From the human T2T-CHM13v2.0 reference genome, Homo sapiens: 64,000 nt of DNA. The notes beneath the pieces were generated by a model that worked only from the letters and a program-made list of their open reading frames with translations, ran no database searches and was not told where the DNA came from. Within the stretch, counting starts at the first letter, position 1; every line of letters begins with the position of its first letter. Shown piece after piece: positions 15,341-31,751 of this stretch. The stretch lies in assembly GCF_009914755.1 (NCBI RefSeq), contig NC_060941.1; one strand, given 5' to 3'. Position numbers and translations under genes: made by a program.

Positions 15341-18300
15341 TGCAGCCAGAGGTGCAGGTGTTTTAGTCTTGGATTCCAGGGTCTGCATGATGGTGACCGC
15401 ATCTTGACTTACCTTTGCAGCCTTACCTGCGGGGCTTTCCTGCTTCACATCCCTCCCACAATGGCCCTGGCAAACCTCTTCTTGTTCCTCACTTAAATCT
15501 CTTGCTGTCCCACCTCTGTGTTTTCTCCCTGCTGTTCTCCTCTTTTGGAAACCACACCTAATACTCTCAATTTGCTTTTATGCCAATTTCCCTCAACCTT
15601 CAAACAGGCCTTCCCACATCTCTCAACTATAATTTATTTCTCCACCCTTTTTTTTTGGCCATAATTCTCTCTGTGCTGTCTCATGACATGCCAGTTTTCT
15701 ACTTTGCATTATGATTATTTATGCACATGTTTTATTCCCCCTCTAGACTATAAACTCCTTGAAGAATGCATCGGCTCATTACAAAATTAGCATTCTGAGA
15801 ACCCTTATTTGCATCACACATAAGATCTCTTGTCTTCAGCAAAAAGGAGTATACTTATGACACATATAATTGGCACTTATCACACAAATCAATGATAATG
15901 GGGAACAAGGGCAAGATGGTTAATTAAAACCTACAGCAAATTCCTCCAAAATTCATTTTTGCCTTTCCTACTATTTTACCAGTATAATATGCACTGGTTT
16001 ATACCAAATTCCTTATTTTTTACTCTCCCCCCAGACTTTATAGATGTGTAACTGCCTTGGCCATCATGCAGTTAGTGGGTGCAACAAGACCACAAGTGAA
16101 TAATCCACCAGCTGAAATCATCAGGTCTCCAGGAATGGAAAGCTTTGGGACATTCTTTCCAGTAAGAGTAGGAGCCTCTGAACTCTGAACTTTCCACCCA
16201 CAGAGCTCCATAAGGATTTGTGTGTATGCCATTTGGAACTTAGACATGGAAAAATAATCTTTTAGTATGGCTCTGATACTGAAAATAATAGGTGACGTTC
16301 AAGTAAAAATTAAATAAAACAACCAAGTTCCCTGCACATATGTCTGATTAGGCAGGCCAAATATTCTATGGGAAACATTAATTCAACCAGAAATGATAAG
16401 GAAATAAAATAAATATGAAGAACAACTCTGCTTGCCAAAGCAACATATGCGTTTGGGATGAGTCTTTGCACCCATGACTAGTATACACAAATATTGTGTT
16501 AAACCTTTCCTCCTAATAGCCTCATTTCTCACATGCTCTTCAGAGGAAAAAATGTGATGCTAATTTAAGATGACTTATCCTGCTAAGCACATAAATAAAA
16601 AATAGTTCAAAATCCAGCACATGATAGAACTCCCCTTTCACATTTAATTAAGTACTTTTAATTGGCAATTCATTTGGCAGACTGTATATTTCGGGCTGGA
16701 GAGACGAAGCAGAGCAGACCCCTTAGTTAGATACAAAAGAGGAGATGTGGGGTGTGTACAACTGCTTTATGGTATGTGATGCAGAAATGTGATGTCAGGC
16801 ATGGAAGAAAGACGACTATCTGACTATCCTTACATCTGGGAAGGAATTAGCAGCGAACAGGGCAAATGCTAGAGGGTCTAATCAGGATTATAAAATGTCA
16901 TTTAGAAAGATATTTACATTGTTAATTAGGCAATGAAGCTGATAACTGCTACTCTGTACATCGTGCTAATTACCCTGGTGCCTTGGAAGACTTTCTAATC
17001 AGCCAGATCAATAGACTCCTGGTTTATGCTAATCACACAGAGTCACCCTCCTTCTGAAGTGCTTTGCTTATAGCAGCCTGAACCCAGTTCAGCTCCTGCC
17101 CACTGTCCTGTGCTAGAGGCAGCCAGCATTCATCTGTCTGCCCACATCACAGCAGTAAGGCTGATGCCTGCTCACCCCCAAGGCCCACAGCAAGGGAACT
17201 AGAATCCTACCATGCAGCACGCCGTCATCAATTGTTCAGGAAGGAGGCCTGAGCCTTTGTGCTCCATGAGATTTTCATGTAGCCACAGCTCTGTTCTCTT
17301 CCGACAATGAGAAAGATCATATAGTCCCGAGGGATAAGGGCTATGAGGAAGATCTAGATTTAAGTCTCCTCTGCCATCGACTTTGACGGTAACGACCTTG
17401 GAGCAGGACACCAATTGTTTTGATGGGAATGTGTGCAGGACCAGGTATGAAGGTCAATTTGGCTCAGATACTGGGTGAACCTTTAGGGACTTTTGTTTGT
17501 TTGCTTTTTCACTGATCATTAGTATGAACAAACTATTCTTCTGAGCCAGAGGAACCAAACTGCTTACCTCTCCCAGTACACAGGCAGCATCTCTGGGGCC
17601 CCAGCATGACAAGAAGAAATCTGAAAAATGTAATAAAAGGCAAAGACAGTCTAATGCAGAGTGCTTTCATGTGTACAGCTGCCTCTTGGTCATCCACATG
17701 GAATGGGTAGAGTGTGCATGAAGGAGACCCAGAAATAATCCATTTACCTCATTGCAACCTATAATTTCTATCTCCTTCCCCCACCAAACCTCAAACAAAA
17801 AAATGGCTGGTAGCCAAGTGGCCTGGTTTGAAGAAGATTAACTCATTTGCTTTTTGCTCTAATTCCCTGGTAGGTGTCCTAATGAACAGTCAAAAATCCC
17901 ACTTGGAGAGTAACAGGGCAAAAAAAGAAAGGATTAGCAAAGGGTTTGGATAACCCATGGACTGAATAATCAGTCCCCAAATAATTTAGAGTCAACTACA
18001 CGTAAACTTTAAGCAGCAGCCAAGGGAGGGCATGGAGTTGGAAAGCCAAGGTGAGAGAGACGCTGAGCACAATTAGGGTTGGAAACAGCTGGGATCCATT
18101 TCTTCACTGCAGAAGCAGAACTCCTTCTGTGCACCTCTGCATGGGGCTCCCAAGCTTTCATTGCTAGCTCCCCTGCCCCAGCAGGCAGAGCCTCTGAGTT
18201 CAAGGCCAGCTCCTGCGCTGGGCTTTGGGATGGGGCCAATTTGTTGAATTGTTTCAGTGCTTTGATGTGTAAACTAATCATCCGTCATTGTGCTCTAATT

Positions 18301-19487
18301 AAACTTAAGTGGTGCAATGGATTTGCTGTCATAGAGGCCAGGGCCCCTCCTGGCTTGGGGAGGGAGGGGCAGGATCCACTGAAAGCATCCCAGCCCCAGG
18401 AGAGCATAGAGCAAGGAAATGCCAGGCATGAATAGGAAAGGAGCTGATAACCCTGTCTAGGTCTAGGAGACTGAAGAAAATGGGAAAAACCAGCAACCAA
18501 GGCGGGTCTATGAGTCTCTGATTTCCGGGGTGTAATCGCCCTCAGCATGAGTGTCCAGACATAACAAGTTCAGGTCAAGTGGCTAACCACTAGGTGATCT
18601 TACATTTGTCATGGTAACACATCTCTCTGGGGCCAGCTGGCTTGGCATCATCAAATTGTAAAACTGTTTCACAAGGTGAGGGGCAGTTTCCCCCCTACAC
18701 CCAAACCAGATGACCAAAAGGTGCCAGGAGAGCAGATTCAAGACTCTATAAAATGTTGACCATCACGGCCATTTTCCTCTTCCCCAAATACTTGCATTCT
18801 AACTTTCAAGAAGTATGTCTGCAATTATGAAGGGGAGAGTGAGTTCTCCTTATGATGGAGAGTCAGAGGAAAGAGGGAGAAGATGGTTGTGGTGCAGTTG
18901 TGCTGTGACATGTGTTTTGGGAAGAGAGTCATCCTGTCCCAGACCTGACCCTTCCCTGGCTCCAGTGCATCACCAGAAGGCGGGGATGAGAGTGTCCATG
19001 TTCCATACTGCACCAACATTTTGTGGGACCACAACCTGGATAATGCTGATACATTTGTGTTGTTGCCTCAATGTAATTGATAAATCCCACTCCATAGAGA
19101 CACAGTGATGACATGATGAAAAGATTCTTCTCTTCTTCACCCACGTATTCGTTTAGCAACTATTGATTGAATATCTGTGTACAAGGCATGCTATAAGATC
19201 CAAGTTGTGCAAGATACAGCCTCTGCCATGAAAGGACTCCTACTGTCAGAGGAAAGATAAGATGACCACCTATGATTTGACAATTGCAAGTAATTCAATA
19301 ACAACTATACCTTGGAGGGAAAAAAAAATAGATCAAGCATATTATCATATGGATATTATGGGGAACTGTCTAGACATCTCCAGAAAAGAAAGGGAAGAAA
19401 GGACACTAACACTTTTGGCCATCTTTTTGTATGCCAGACACTATGTCAGGCATAATCACAACTGTTTTCTCATTCAGTACTCACCAC

Positions 19488-20416
19488 TGTCAGAGGCGTT
19501 TGAACAAGAGCAACTCCATCTTGAATAGGTGCTGGGTAAAATAAGCCTGAGACTTACTGGGCTGCATTCCCAGGAGGTTAGGCATTCTAAGTCACAGGAT
19601 GAGACAGGGGGTCACAAAGACCTTGCTGATAAAACAGCATGCGGTAAAGAAACCAGTCAAATCCCATCAAATCCAAGATGGCGATGAGAGTGACCTCTGG
19701 TGGTCCTCACTGCTCATTAAATGCTAATTATAATGCACTAGTATGCTAAAAGACACTCCCACCAGTGCCATGACAGTTTAGAAATGCCACGGCAATGTCA
19801 GGAAATTACCCTATATGGTCTAAAAGGGAAAGGAAGCCTCAGTTCTGGGAATTGCCCACCCCTTTCCAGGAAAACTCAGAAATAATCCACCCCTTGCTTA
19901 GCATATAATCAAGAAATAACTAGCTGCATGTGGTGGCTCACACCTGTAATCCCAGCATTTTGGAAGGCCAAGGCGGGTGGGTTACTTCAGGTCAGGAGTT
20001 CAAGACCAGCCTGGCCAACATGGCAAAACCCAGCCTCTACTAAAAATACAAAAATTAGCCAGGCATGGTGACATGTGACTGTAATCCCAGCTACTCAGGA
20101 GGCTGAGGCAGGAGACTTACTTGAACCCAGGAGGCGGAGGTTGCAGTGAGCTGAGATTGTGCCACTGCATACCAGCCTGGTCGACAGAGCGAGATTTTGT
20201 CTCAAAAAAAAAGAAAAAAATAAATAACTATAAGTATCCTTAGTCCAGCAGTCTAAGCTGCTGCTCTGCCTATGGAGTAGCCATTTTTTTTTTATTCCTT
20301 CGCTTTCTTGATAAACTTGCTTTCACTTTACTCTATGGAATCGCCTCAAATTCTTTCTTGCACAAGATCCAAGAACCCTCTCCTGGGGTCTGGATCGGGA
20401 CCTCTTTCCAGTAACA
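19488..20416 (+). mobile_element. MER41B ERV1 solo LTR interrupted by AluS (19922-20222)
   Basis: TGTCAGAGGCGTTTGAAC start, …GGATCGGGACCTCTTTCCAGTAACA end; Alu TSD aaataacta; sits inside a MIR. Confidence 0.93.
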
Positions 20417-20469
20417 TCATCATCCTATAAGGTGAACATGATTATTCCTATTTTACAATGAGAAAGCTA

Positions 20470-20776
20470 GGCCAGGCGTAGTGGCTCACGCCTGTAATCC
20501 CAATACTTTGGGAGGCTGAGGCGGGTGGATCACGAGGTCAGGAGATCGAGACCATCCTGGCCAACATGGTGAAACCTCGACTGTACTAAAAACACAAAAA
20601 TTGGCCTGGCGTGGTGGTGTGCGCCTGTAGTCCCGGCTACTCAGGAGGCCGAGGCAGGAGAATTGCTTGAACCCGGGAGGTGGAGGTTGCAGTGAGCCGA
20701 GATAGCACCACTTCACTCTAGCCTGGGCGACAGAGGGACACTCCATCTCAAAAAACAAAACAAAACAAAACAAAAC
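20470..20776 (+). mobile_element. AluSc-like SINE
   Basis: Alu dimer; TSD aatga(g/a)aaagcta. Confidence 0.95.
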
Positions 20777-20823
20777 AATGAAAAAGCTAAGACTAAAGTA
20801 TCCCTGACGAATGCCATATAAAA

Positions 20824-21640
20824 GTGTGGCAGGCATACAACTTGTCCCTGCCCTCTCCACAGCCCCATATCTGCGCTCTCCTTCTCTGGTAATAGAAATT
20901 TTGGCCTTAGATAGTTACCCAAATAAGATCTACCTCTCCTAGTCTCCTTTGTATAGATCTGGCCATGTGACTAGGTCCTGAGAATAGGATGGAAAGAGAT
21001 GTGATGGGAGCAACTTCCGTGTTGTATCTTACAAAAGAAAGCAGCTGGGCGTGGTGGCTCACACTTGTAATTGGGAGGCAGAGGCAGGTGGATCACTTGA
21101 GCCCAGGAGTTTGATACCAGCCTGCACAACATAATGAGACTTTGTCTCCGCAAAAAGTAGAAAAAGAAATTAGCAGGGCATGGTGATGCGCACCTGTAGT
21201 CTAGCTACTCGGGAAGCTGAGGTGGAAGGATTACTTGAATCCAGGACGTGTAGGCTGCAGTGAGCCATGATTGTGCTACTGCACTCCAGCCTGGGTGATG
21301 GGGCAAGACCCTGTCTGAATGAAAGAAAGAAAGAAAGAAACAAACAAACAAACAAACAAACAGAGAGAGTGGGAGGAAGCGAAGTCAGAAAGCCTGTTTT
21401 CTCTTTCCTCTTTCTGCCTTCCTGCCGGTTCCAACAAAGATGTGGTGGTGACCACCTCAAACCATGGAAATGTAGACAGCATGCTAGGGCTGACGGAGTG
21501 AATGACTGGTAGGGTCCAGATTATAGGACACCCTGAAGACCCCATATCAGTTTGGACTGTTTCTATTCCTACTCTTACATGGAAGCAATAAACTATTTTG
21601 TTTAAATCACTGATATATTGACTCAGTGTTTCAGGCATAT
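20824..21640 (+). mobile_element. LTR33-like ERVL LTR interrupted by AluJ (21043-21362)
   Basis: tgtggcagg…gtaatagaa…tggccatgtgactaggtcctg pattern. Confidence 0.65.
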
Positions 21641-22132
21641 GTCAAGTAATAGAGAGTAGCACAAACCAAATAACAGAGGAATGCAGAGGAGAGAAAAAAA
21701 TCATCAAGAAAAATATTCTTCAATTGTTTTTAAATTTATCAAACACCTAATACATGCCAGGCACTGCTCTGGGCTCTGGGGATTCAAAAATAAACAAAGT
21801 TCTTGACCTTAAGGAGGAAACCCATAAAACGATCATTTTATGTGGAAATACCATTGTTAGCAATAATCACAGAGTGCCATGAGTGAACCGGAAATGGACA
21901 CCTATCTCAGCCTGAAGGATTTCCAGCCTTTAACCTGGGCCTGGAAATCCCCATTTGGATTTTATTATAGTAGGGAAGATGGAAGGTGGAAAAAAGAGGA
22001 GGGGAAAAACTGTTGTCAGAGGCTGCCTCCTTGCCTGACTTTGATTAGTCCCACTACCTGTAATTGCCACCTGGAAGGTTCACTCTCTCCATTCCTAATT
22101 ATTCTTGCATGCACAGGTCCCGCCTTGTCTAG

Positions 22133-22578
<446 letters not shown>

Positions 22579-22654
22579 TAAACTCCTTAAAGGCCGGAGT
22601 GATGTTTTATGAAGTTCTGTGCACCTTGCTCAGCACATGGCACGGAGCCTGCAA

Positions 22655-23175
<521 letters not shown>

Positions 23176-23554
23176 TATTTTCCTTTTAAAAATACATATT
23201 TCTCAAAACATATCCTTAATTCTGGGTGCTGTATCATTTATTAGAAACTGCAATGCTCACGCCCTCTGCCCATTCACATTGACTGCATGCGGAGGAGTTT
23301 GGAAGACTCTAATAGAGAGAGCCCACATTCAACTAGTTTAAGTGTCATGATCATTGCTGGTCAGGTCAGGTGCGTGTTGAGTGCATGAGAGGCAGAGGGG
23401 GTCGTGTGCTGGCCATTTCTGGACCTCATTTACAAAGTTGGCTATTCATTAAGACTTAAGACTTGCCACATTGGGCCACCAAGCAAAGATTGCTGTCAGG
23501 AACCCAAACTGGGAAAATAGATCATTTATGTCCTGAATGGCTCATAACATTTTT

Positions 23555-24105
23555 TTTTATTATACTTTAAGTTTTAGGGTACATGTGCACAATGTGCAGG
23601 TTAGTTACATATGTATACATGTGCCATGCTGGTGCGCTGCACCCACTAACTCGTCATCTAGCATTAGGTGTATCTCCTAATGCTATCCCTCCCCCCTCCC
23701 CCCACCCCACAACAGTCCCCAGAGTGTGATGTTCCCCTTCCTGTGTCCCTGTGTTCTCATTGTTCAATTCCCACCTATGAGTGAGAATATGCAGTGTTTG
23801 GTTTTTTGTTCTTGCGATAGTTTACTGAGAATAATGATTTCCAATTTCATCCATGTCCCTACAAAGGACATGAACTCATCATTTTTTATGGCTGCATAGT
23901 ATTCCATGGTATATATGTGCCACATTTTCTTAATCCAGTCTATCATTGTTGGACATTTGGGTTGGTTCCAAGTCTTTGCTATTGTGAATAATGCCGCAAT
24001 AAACATTCGTGTGCATGTGTCTTTATAACAGCATGATTTATAGTCCTTTGGGTATATACCCAGTAATGGGATGTCTGGGTCAAATGGTATTTCTAGTTCT
24101 AGATC
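23555..24105 (-). mobile_element. L1PA2/3-like 5'-truncated L1 (about 550 bp)
   Basis: Antisense L1 3' UTR and ORF2 end ([10 protein letters not shown]…FSLIGGN); TSD aacattttt at 23546 and 24106. Confidence 0.96.
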
Positions 24106-24185
24106 AACATTTTTGTATAGAAAGGAGATAAGGCACAGTATTTGGAATTGCCTCTCCATGAATTTTTGATCCCTCCTGTCCTGCC

Positions 24186-24198
24186 ACACACACACACA

Positions 24199-24230
<32 letters not shown>
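24186..24230. repeat. (CA)n microsatellite, one GA interruption
   Basis: Directly visible. Confidence 0.98.
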
Positions 24231-24232
<2 letters not shown>

Positions 24233-24620
24233 CCCTTCCCCTAAAAAAGCCCGTTCCTGCCCTGGTCTAGAAACCCAGGAGCCATCCCTGACTCTCCCTT
24301 CCCCTTAACAGTGAGTCTTGTTGATTCTCTCCTCAGCTTCTCTCTTGAATCTATCCTCTTCTCTCCATCCCACCACCAACCTAGTCCAAGCCACCACTGT
24401 CTGTCACTAAGAGCCTTGCTACTCAAAGAGTAGACTGGGAACCAGCATCACTGGAAGCTTGTTAGAAGTGCAATCTCTGAATCCACCCCAGACCTAGATG
24501 TAAGGAATCAGAATCTGCGTTTTAATAAGATCCCCAGTGACTCATTTGCACTTTAAAGTTCAAGAATGGGAATGCTGCAGGAGCCTCCTAACCAGTTTCC
24601 CCCTCCTACTGCTGCCTCAC
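24230..24620 (+). mobile_element. L2 fragment containing MER5A (about 24415-24580)
   Basis: ggagccatccctgactctccc…ctagtccaagccacc (L2); aagcttgttagaagtgc…gaatctgcgttttaataagatcccc (MER5A). Confidence 0.7.
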
Positions 24621-24653
24621 ATTAACTCATTGGTCTGGAACCAATTTGCTCTC

Positions 24654-24900
24654 TTTTTATTTATTTATTTTTTGACTGCAACCTCTGCCTCTCAGGTTCA
24701 AGCAATTCTCCTGCCTCAGCCTCCCAAGTAGTTGGGACTGCAGGTGCACGCTACCATGCCTGGCTAATTTTTTGTATTTTAGTAGAGACGGGGTTTCACC
24801 ACGTTGCCCAGGCTGGTCTCGCACTCCTGAGCTCAGGCAATCCACCCGCCTCGGTCTCCCAAAGTGCTAGGAGTACAGGCATGAGCCACTGTGCCCAGCC
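24654..24900 (-). mobile_element. AluS SINE with 3' deletion
   Basis: Antisense Alu; TSD caatttgc(t/c)ctctt. Confidence 0.92.
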
Positions 24901-25371
24901 TCAATTTGCCCTCTTAACTTGAGAACTCCCACACTATTCAGATAGTGCCATTTTTCCACTGTACTTCTCTACATGACACAGGATTGCTGTTCTAATTTTT
25001 TACAGATTATTTTATCCACAAGATAAAGACAAGATTTCTTGTTTCCTCCCTGAGTAGGTGAGGGAAGATATTTTGGGTCATTTCATTGGAGGCTGTGGGA
25101 TTCTTTTCAGGGTCCTGCATTTATGAAACGGTTTCAGTTCCAAGTCCCCTTTTCAAGTGAGCCCAAGCTTTGTCCCTGTCCCAGCCCAGGCATGAAAACT
25201 CCAGCCCCAAGCCATTAGGGTTTGTATTCTGGAACTCCCCCCACCCCACTCCCACCTCTCAGCAGCCACAGAATCCACTTGGGATCTTTCTGCTCTGTCT
25301 TTAACCTCTCCTAATCTCTGCCTCAGGATTATTTGCCTTTCTTTATGTGAAACTCAGACCCACTGTTTGAT

Positions 25372-25747
<376 letters not shown>

Positions 25748-25987
25748 TAGGAGAGGAGGAGGGAAAAGAGTCCCCTACTGGCCCAACTTACTTATCCTGT
25801 TACCAGTCAGAGCCATCATCTTAAAACTGCGGTCAGATCCCACTACTGTCCTGTTTAAAATGGGTCAGTGGCTTTTCTCCACGTTTGGGCCAAAATCCAA
25901 AACGCAGAGTAGGCAACCTGGCCCCTGCCTACTCAGCTCCCCAGTCATTGGTGCGAGGAATAAAGTTGTTGAAAGTGTGACAGTCTA

Positions 25988-27020
<1,033 letters not shown>

Positions 27021-27957
27021 TGAAGCACCTGGAAGCAAAAGTGATTGCAGACATTGGAACTCATATGTCATTTCTGTTCGCTCTGGTAGAGTCGGGTGCC
27101 TCGGGAAAGCCCAGTGCTTTGAGAAGCAATTCATTTAGCACTGAGCGACATCTGAGCTCATTCCTGACTGTGTTGAGGGGTGGGCAATCTCACTGGGGAA
27201 AAACAAACAGCCCGAATCAGGCTTTGTTCTTAATGATATTCCTAAGTGCTGACGACACCCCTGCTGGGTCCAGCCTCAGGGGACACAGTGGGGAACTGAT
27301 TGACAGCCATTAAGAAAATGGAATTGAACACCTCAGATCAGACATCAAGGCAGAATCTTTATCAAGCTAGCATCAGACTCTGCGAGCTCTCCAGCTAGGA
27401 GGAAGGCTTGCCTCTAGGACCTTTGCTGTTTGCGATTATAGACAGTCCCCAGTGCTATTTAACATTCTAGAATTCGAATTGTAAAAAGACATCATTGTGT
27501 ACTGCTTGCCATTCACTGGCCATGTGGATGAGTGAGTTAACCAAGTTAACCTCCATGGCCCTCAGTGTTCTCATACATAGCATGGTGGTGAAAATTGTAC
27601 CTACGTCATGGAGTTGGTGGAAAAACGAGACGAGCATCCAGCCATGCACTTATAACAGTGCCCAGCATACAGCCAGTGTTCAATGGAGATTCGTTATTAT
27701 GATGGCTATTTATGTTTCACATGGGAATGTTTGCATAAAAGGAGTCTTTGCCTACAGCCAAAAATCTTAAGCTAAAGCTGAGAGATGTGCTCCATATGGC
27801 CTCACAAGTCCTAAGTGCCATTTCTGGGTACTGGTCATGGGCCTGTTCTGAATTATTTTGCAAAATGGGATCCAAACCAAGAATCTTTACTGTGATAGTG
27901 GTCATTTATCATTTTGGCATTTGTCAAGCATCCATTTCCCTTCAAAATAGTATCCCA

Positions 27958-28655
27958 GGCTGGGCATGTTGGCTTATGCCTGTCATCCCAGCATTTTTGG
28001 AAGCTGAGGCAGGAGGATTACTTGAGCCATGGAGTTCAAGACCAAACTGGGCAACATAGTGAGATCTCGTCTCTACAAAAAAAAAAAAAAAAAAAAAAAA
28101 TGGCTTGGTGTATTAGTCTGTTTTCACACTGCTATGAAGACATACTACCTGAGACTGGGTAATTTATAAAGGAAAAGAGGTTTAATTGACTCACAGTTTC
28201 ACATGACTGGGGAGGCCTAAGGAAACTTACAATCATGGTGGAGGGGGAAGCAAAAAAATCCTTCCTCACAAGGTGGCAGGAGAAAGAAGAGTGAGGAGGA
28301 AGGGGGAAGAGCCCCTTATAAAACCATCAGATCTCATGAGAACTCACTCACTGTCATGGGGGAAACCATCCCCATAATCCAATCACTCCCCTCCCTCCAT
28401 ATATAGGGATGTATAGGGATGACAGGTCCCTCCCTCAACACGTGTGGACTGCAATTAGAGAGGAGATTTGGGTGGGGACACAGAGCCAAACCATATCACC
28501 TGATGTGGTGGTGAACACCTATGGTCCCAACTGCACTAGAGGCTGAGGCAGGAGGATTGCTTGAGCCCAGGAAGGCAAGACTGCAGTGAGTGGGGTTTGT
28601 GCTATTACACTCCAGCCTGGGCAACAGAGCAAGACCCTGTCTCAAAGAAAAAAGA
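27958..28655 (+). mobile_element. AluJ split by THE1 LTR
   Basis: Left arm 27958-28108, right arm 28499-28655. Confidence 0.9.
28109..28498 (-). mobile_element. THE1 (THE1D-like) MaLR solo LTR
   Basis: tgtattagtctgttttcacactgct … ggtggggacacagagccaaaccatatca; degenerate 5-bp TSD cttgg/cctga. Confidence 0.92.
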
Positions 28656-29131
28656 ACAGCATCCCAATTTCCTTTTGGGAAATAAAGCCTCCCTCATTTT
28701 CTGCAGTTGGTAACTCCTAGCACCTCTCCCTGGATAAGCCCAGCTCCTCTCTCCCTGTCCTAGTATAGACAGGGGCAGCCCACAGAGTGCTTTTTGCTGT
28801 GAGCTGCCCCACATCAACAATATTCTTCTAATCTTTTCCTTTGGTTATAAGTCGGTGAGAGTCCATTTCTGTTGCTTGCAACCAAAAACCCCACTGATAA
28901 AATTCTTATTCCTTCCCTTCCTTTCTCCCCTGCTCCTCACTCCAGGCTTTCCTCCAAATGCCACCAGAATACAGAACAGACCACATGGTCAGAGGAATTG
29001 CACTTCTATAGAGTTTGAAGTGAGAAAGCAGCACATGCTCCATAAACAGGCTGAAATCGAGGTCCCTTCAGCTGCAACTGAAATGTTACAAGAGAGACAG
29101 ATCCCACGGTGGAAACCAGGCTTTGTAATGA

Positions 29132-29533
<402 letters not shown>

Positions 29534-29544
29534 CACATTTTTAA

Positions 29545-29742
29545 AATAAAAGATATGTTTTAAGTAATTGGCTTACATGATTGAGGGGGCCAGTAAATCT
29601 GAAATCTTTTACTTGAAGTCAACTGACTTGTAGATGGTAACCATGTCTACAAAATGCTTTCACAGCAACACCTAGATTCATGTTTGATTACATAACTAGG
29701 TACTATAGCCTAACAGAGTTGACTAAGAAAACTAACCGTCAC
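29545..29742 (-). mobile_element. MLT2-family ERVL LTR fragment
   Basis: aattggcttacatgattg…aagtcaactgac…cacagcaacacctagatt…aactaaccgtcaca. Confidence 0.75.
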
Positions 29743-29904
29743 AGAGATCATAACACTACTTTGTATCCTTGAGTATTAAACAAGCTAAATGCTTATAAAG
29801 TACTTAGCACAGTGCCTGCCATTTATAGGAACGCAATAGGCAGTAGACTCTTTTCTAACAAGCGTTTGTTAGAAAGGCATTTTCTGTTAGCAGAGGCAGG
29901 AAAG

Positions 29905-30090
29905 GATAATATAATAGCATTCATGCAATGTGCTGGAAACCAGGCTCTATCCTAAGCACTTTATAAATATTAACTGATATTTACTGATTTTATTTAATCC
30001 CCCAACTACCCTAAGAGTTAGGTAATCTTATTTAGATGAGGAAATAGTGATCCAGAGAGGTTAAGTAAATTGCCGAAGGTCACACAGCCA
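29905..30090 (-). mobile_element. MIR SINE
   Basis: tttaatccccc…agatgaggaaa…gagaggttaagtaaattgccgaaggtcacacagc. Confidence 0.8.
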
Positions 30091-30948
30091 GCCTGTGGTA
30101 TGCCAGTAGGCAAGTAACTGCCTCTCTGAATCAGGCTGCCCATGAGTGGTCTCTGCAGCATGTATTACCCAAGAGAATGTCTTCCCAAGTGTCAACTCCA
30201 GTTAAAACCTTGAGATAAAGTGTGCCCTGCCCTATCACTTTAAGGAAAACTCCACCCAATCCCACAAACATGGCCAGATTTAGTTGCCAGTATATTTTTG
30301 AAAAATATTTTAGGGTAGAATATCACACCCCCACCACACTCCCCCCTCTACTCCACCATCTCCCCATGATAAGAAAAAGCCAACACCTTTCCATCTAAGA
30401 AAACTTGGCGGAGGTCCCTCCCCACACACAAAGAATGGCTGCTTCTACGCACTTCTATCAGGAGCGTCGTACAACTAACGAACTTTCCAAACAAAGAAAC
30501 AGCAAGTCAGAAATAAAATCATGTGCTAATTGTGGTTTTCCTGGAATGGATGACTATATAATATTCTAATCAAAAAGCTGGAATCACATTTGCGTTTAGA
30601 CAAGGCTTGTTAGAAAAATACATGAGAATAAAAGGAGGCCGTAAGACCACGGGTGCTTCTCCCAAGGCCAGTCATTACTGCTCAGGGCAGGCAGCCAGCA
30701 AGTGGGAAGTTGCCCAATTTTGGTCAAGTCCAGAACTCCAGGGATGCCCCCTTGTGTCCACTAGCTCTCTTAGGGGCCCCCAAATCCTACTTACACTACG
30801 GCCACCTAACAGCATTCAGGCAGCTCCCATATCAGTTTGCAGTTAGCGGGAATCCTCTCCCACAGCAGGTGTTCTTTTTTCCTTTTCAAAACCATGCTGG
30901 AAATTTAATATTCAGTAAAATAGAGTGCCATGATAATGTTTAAAATCC

Positions 30949-31751
<803 letters not shown>

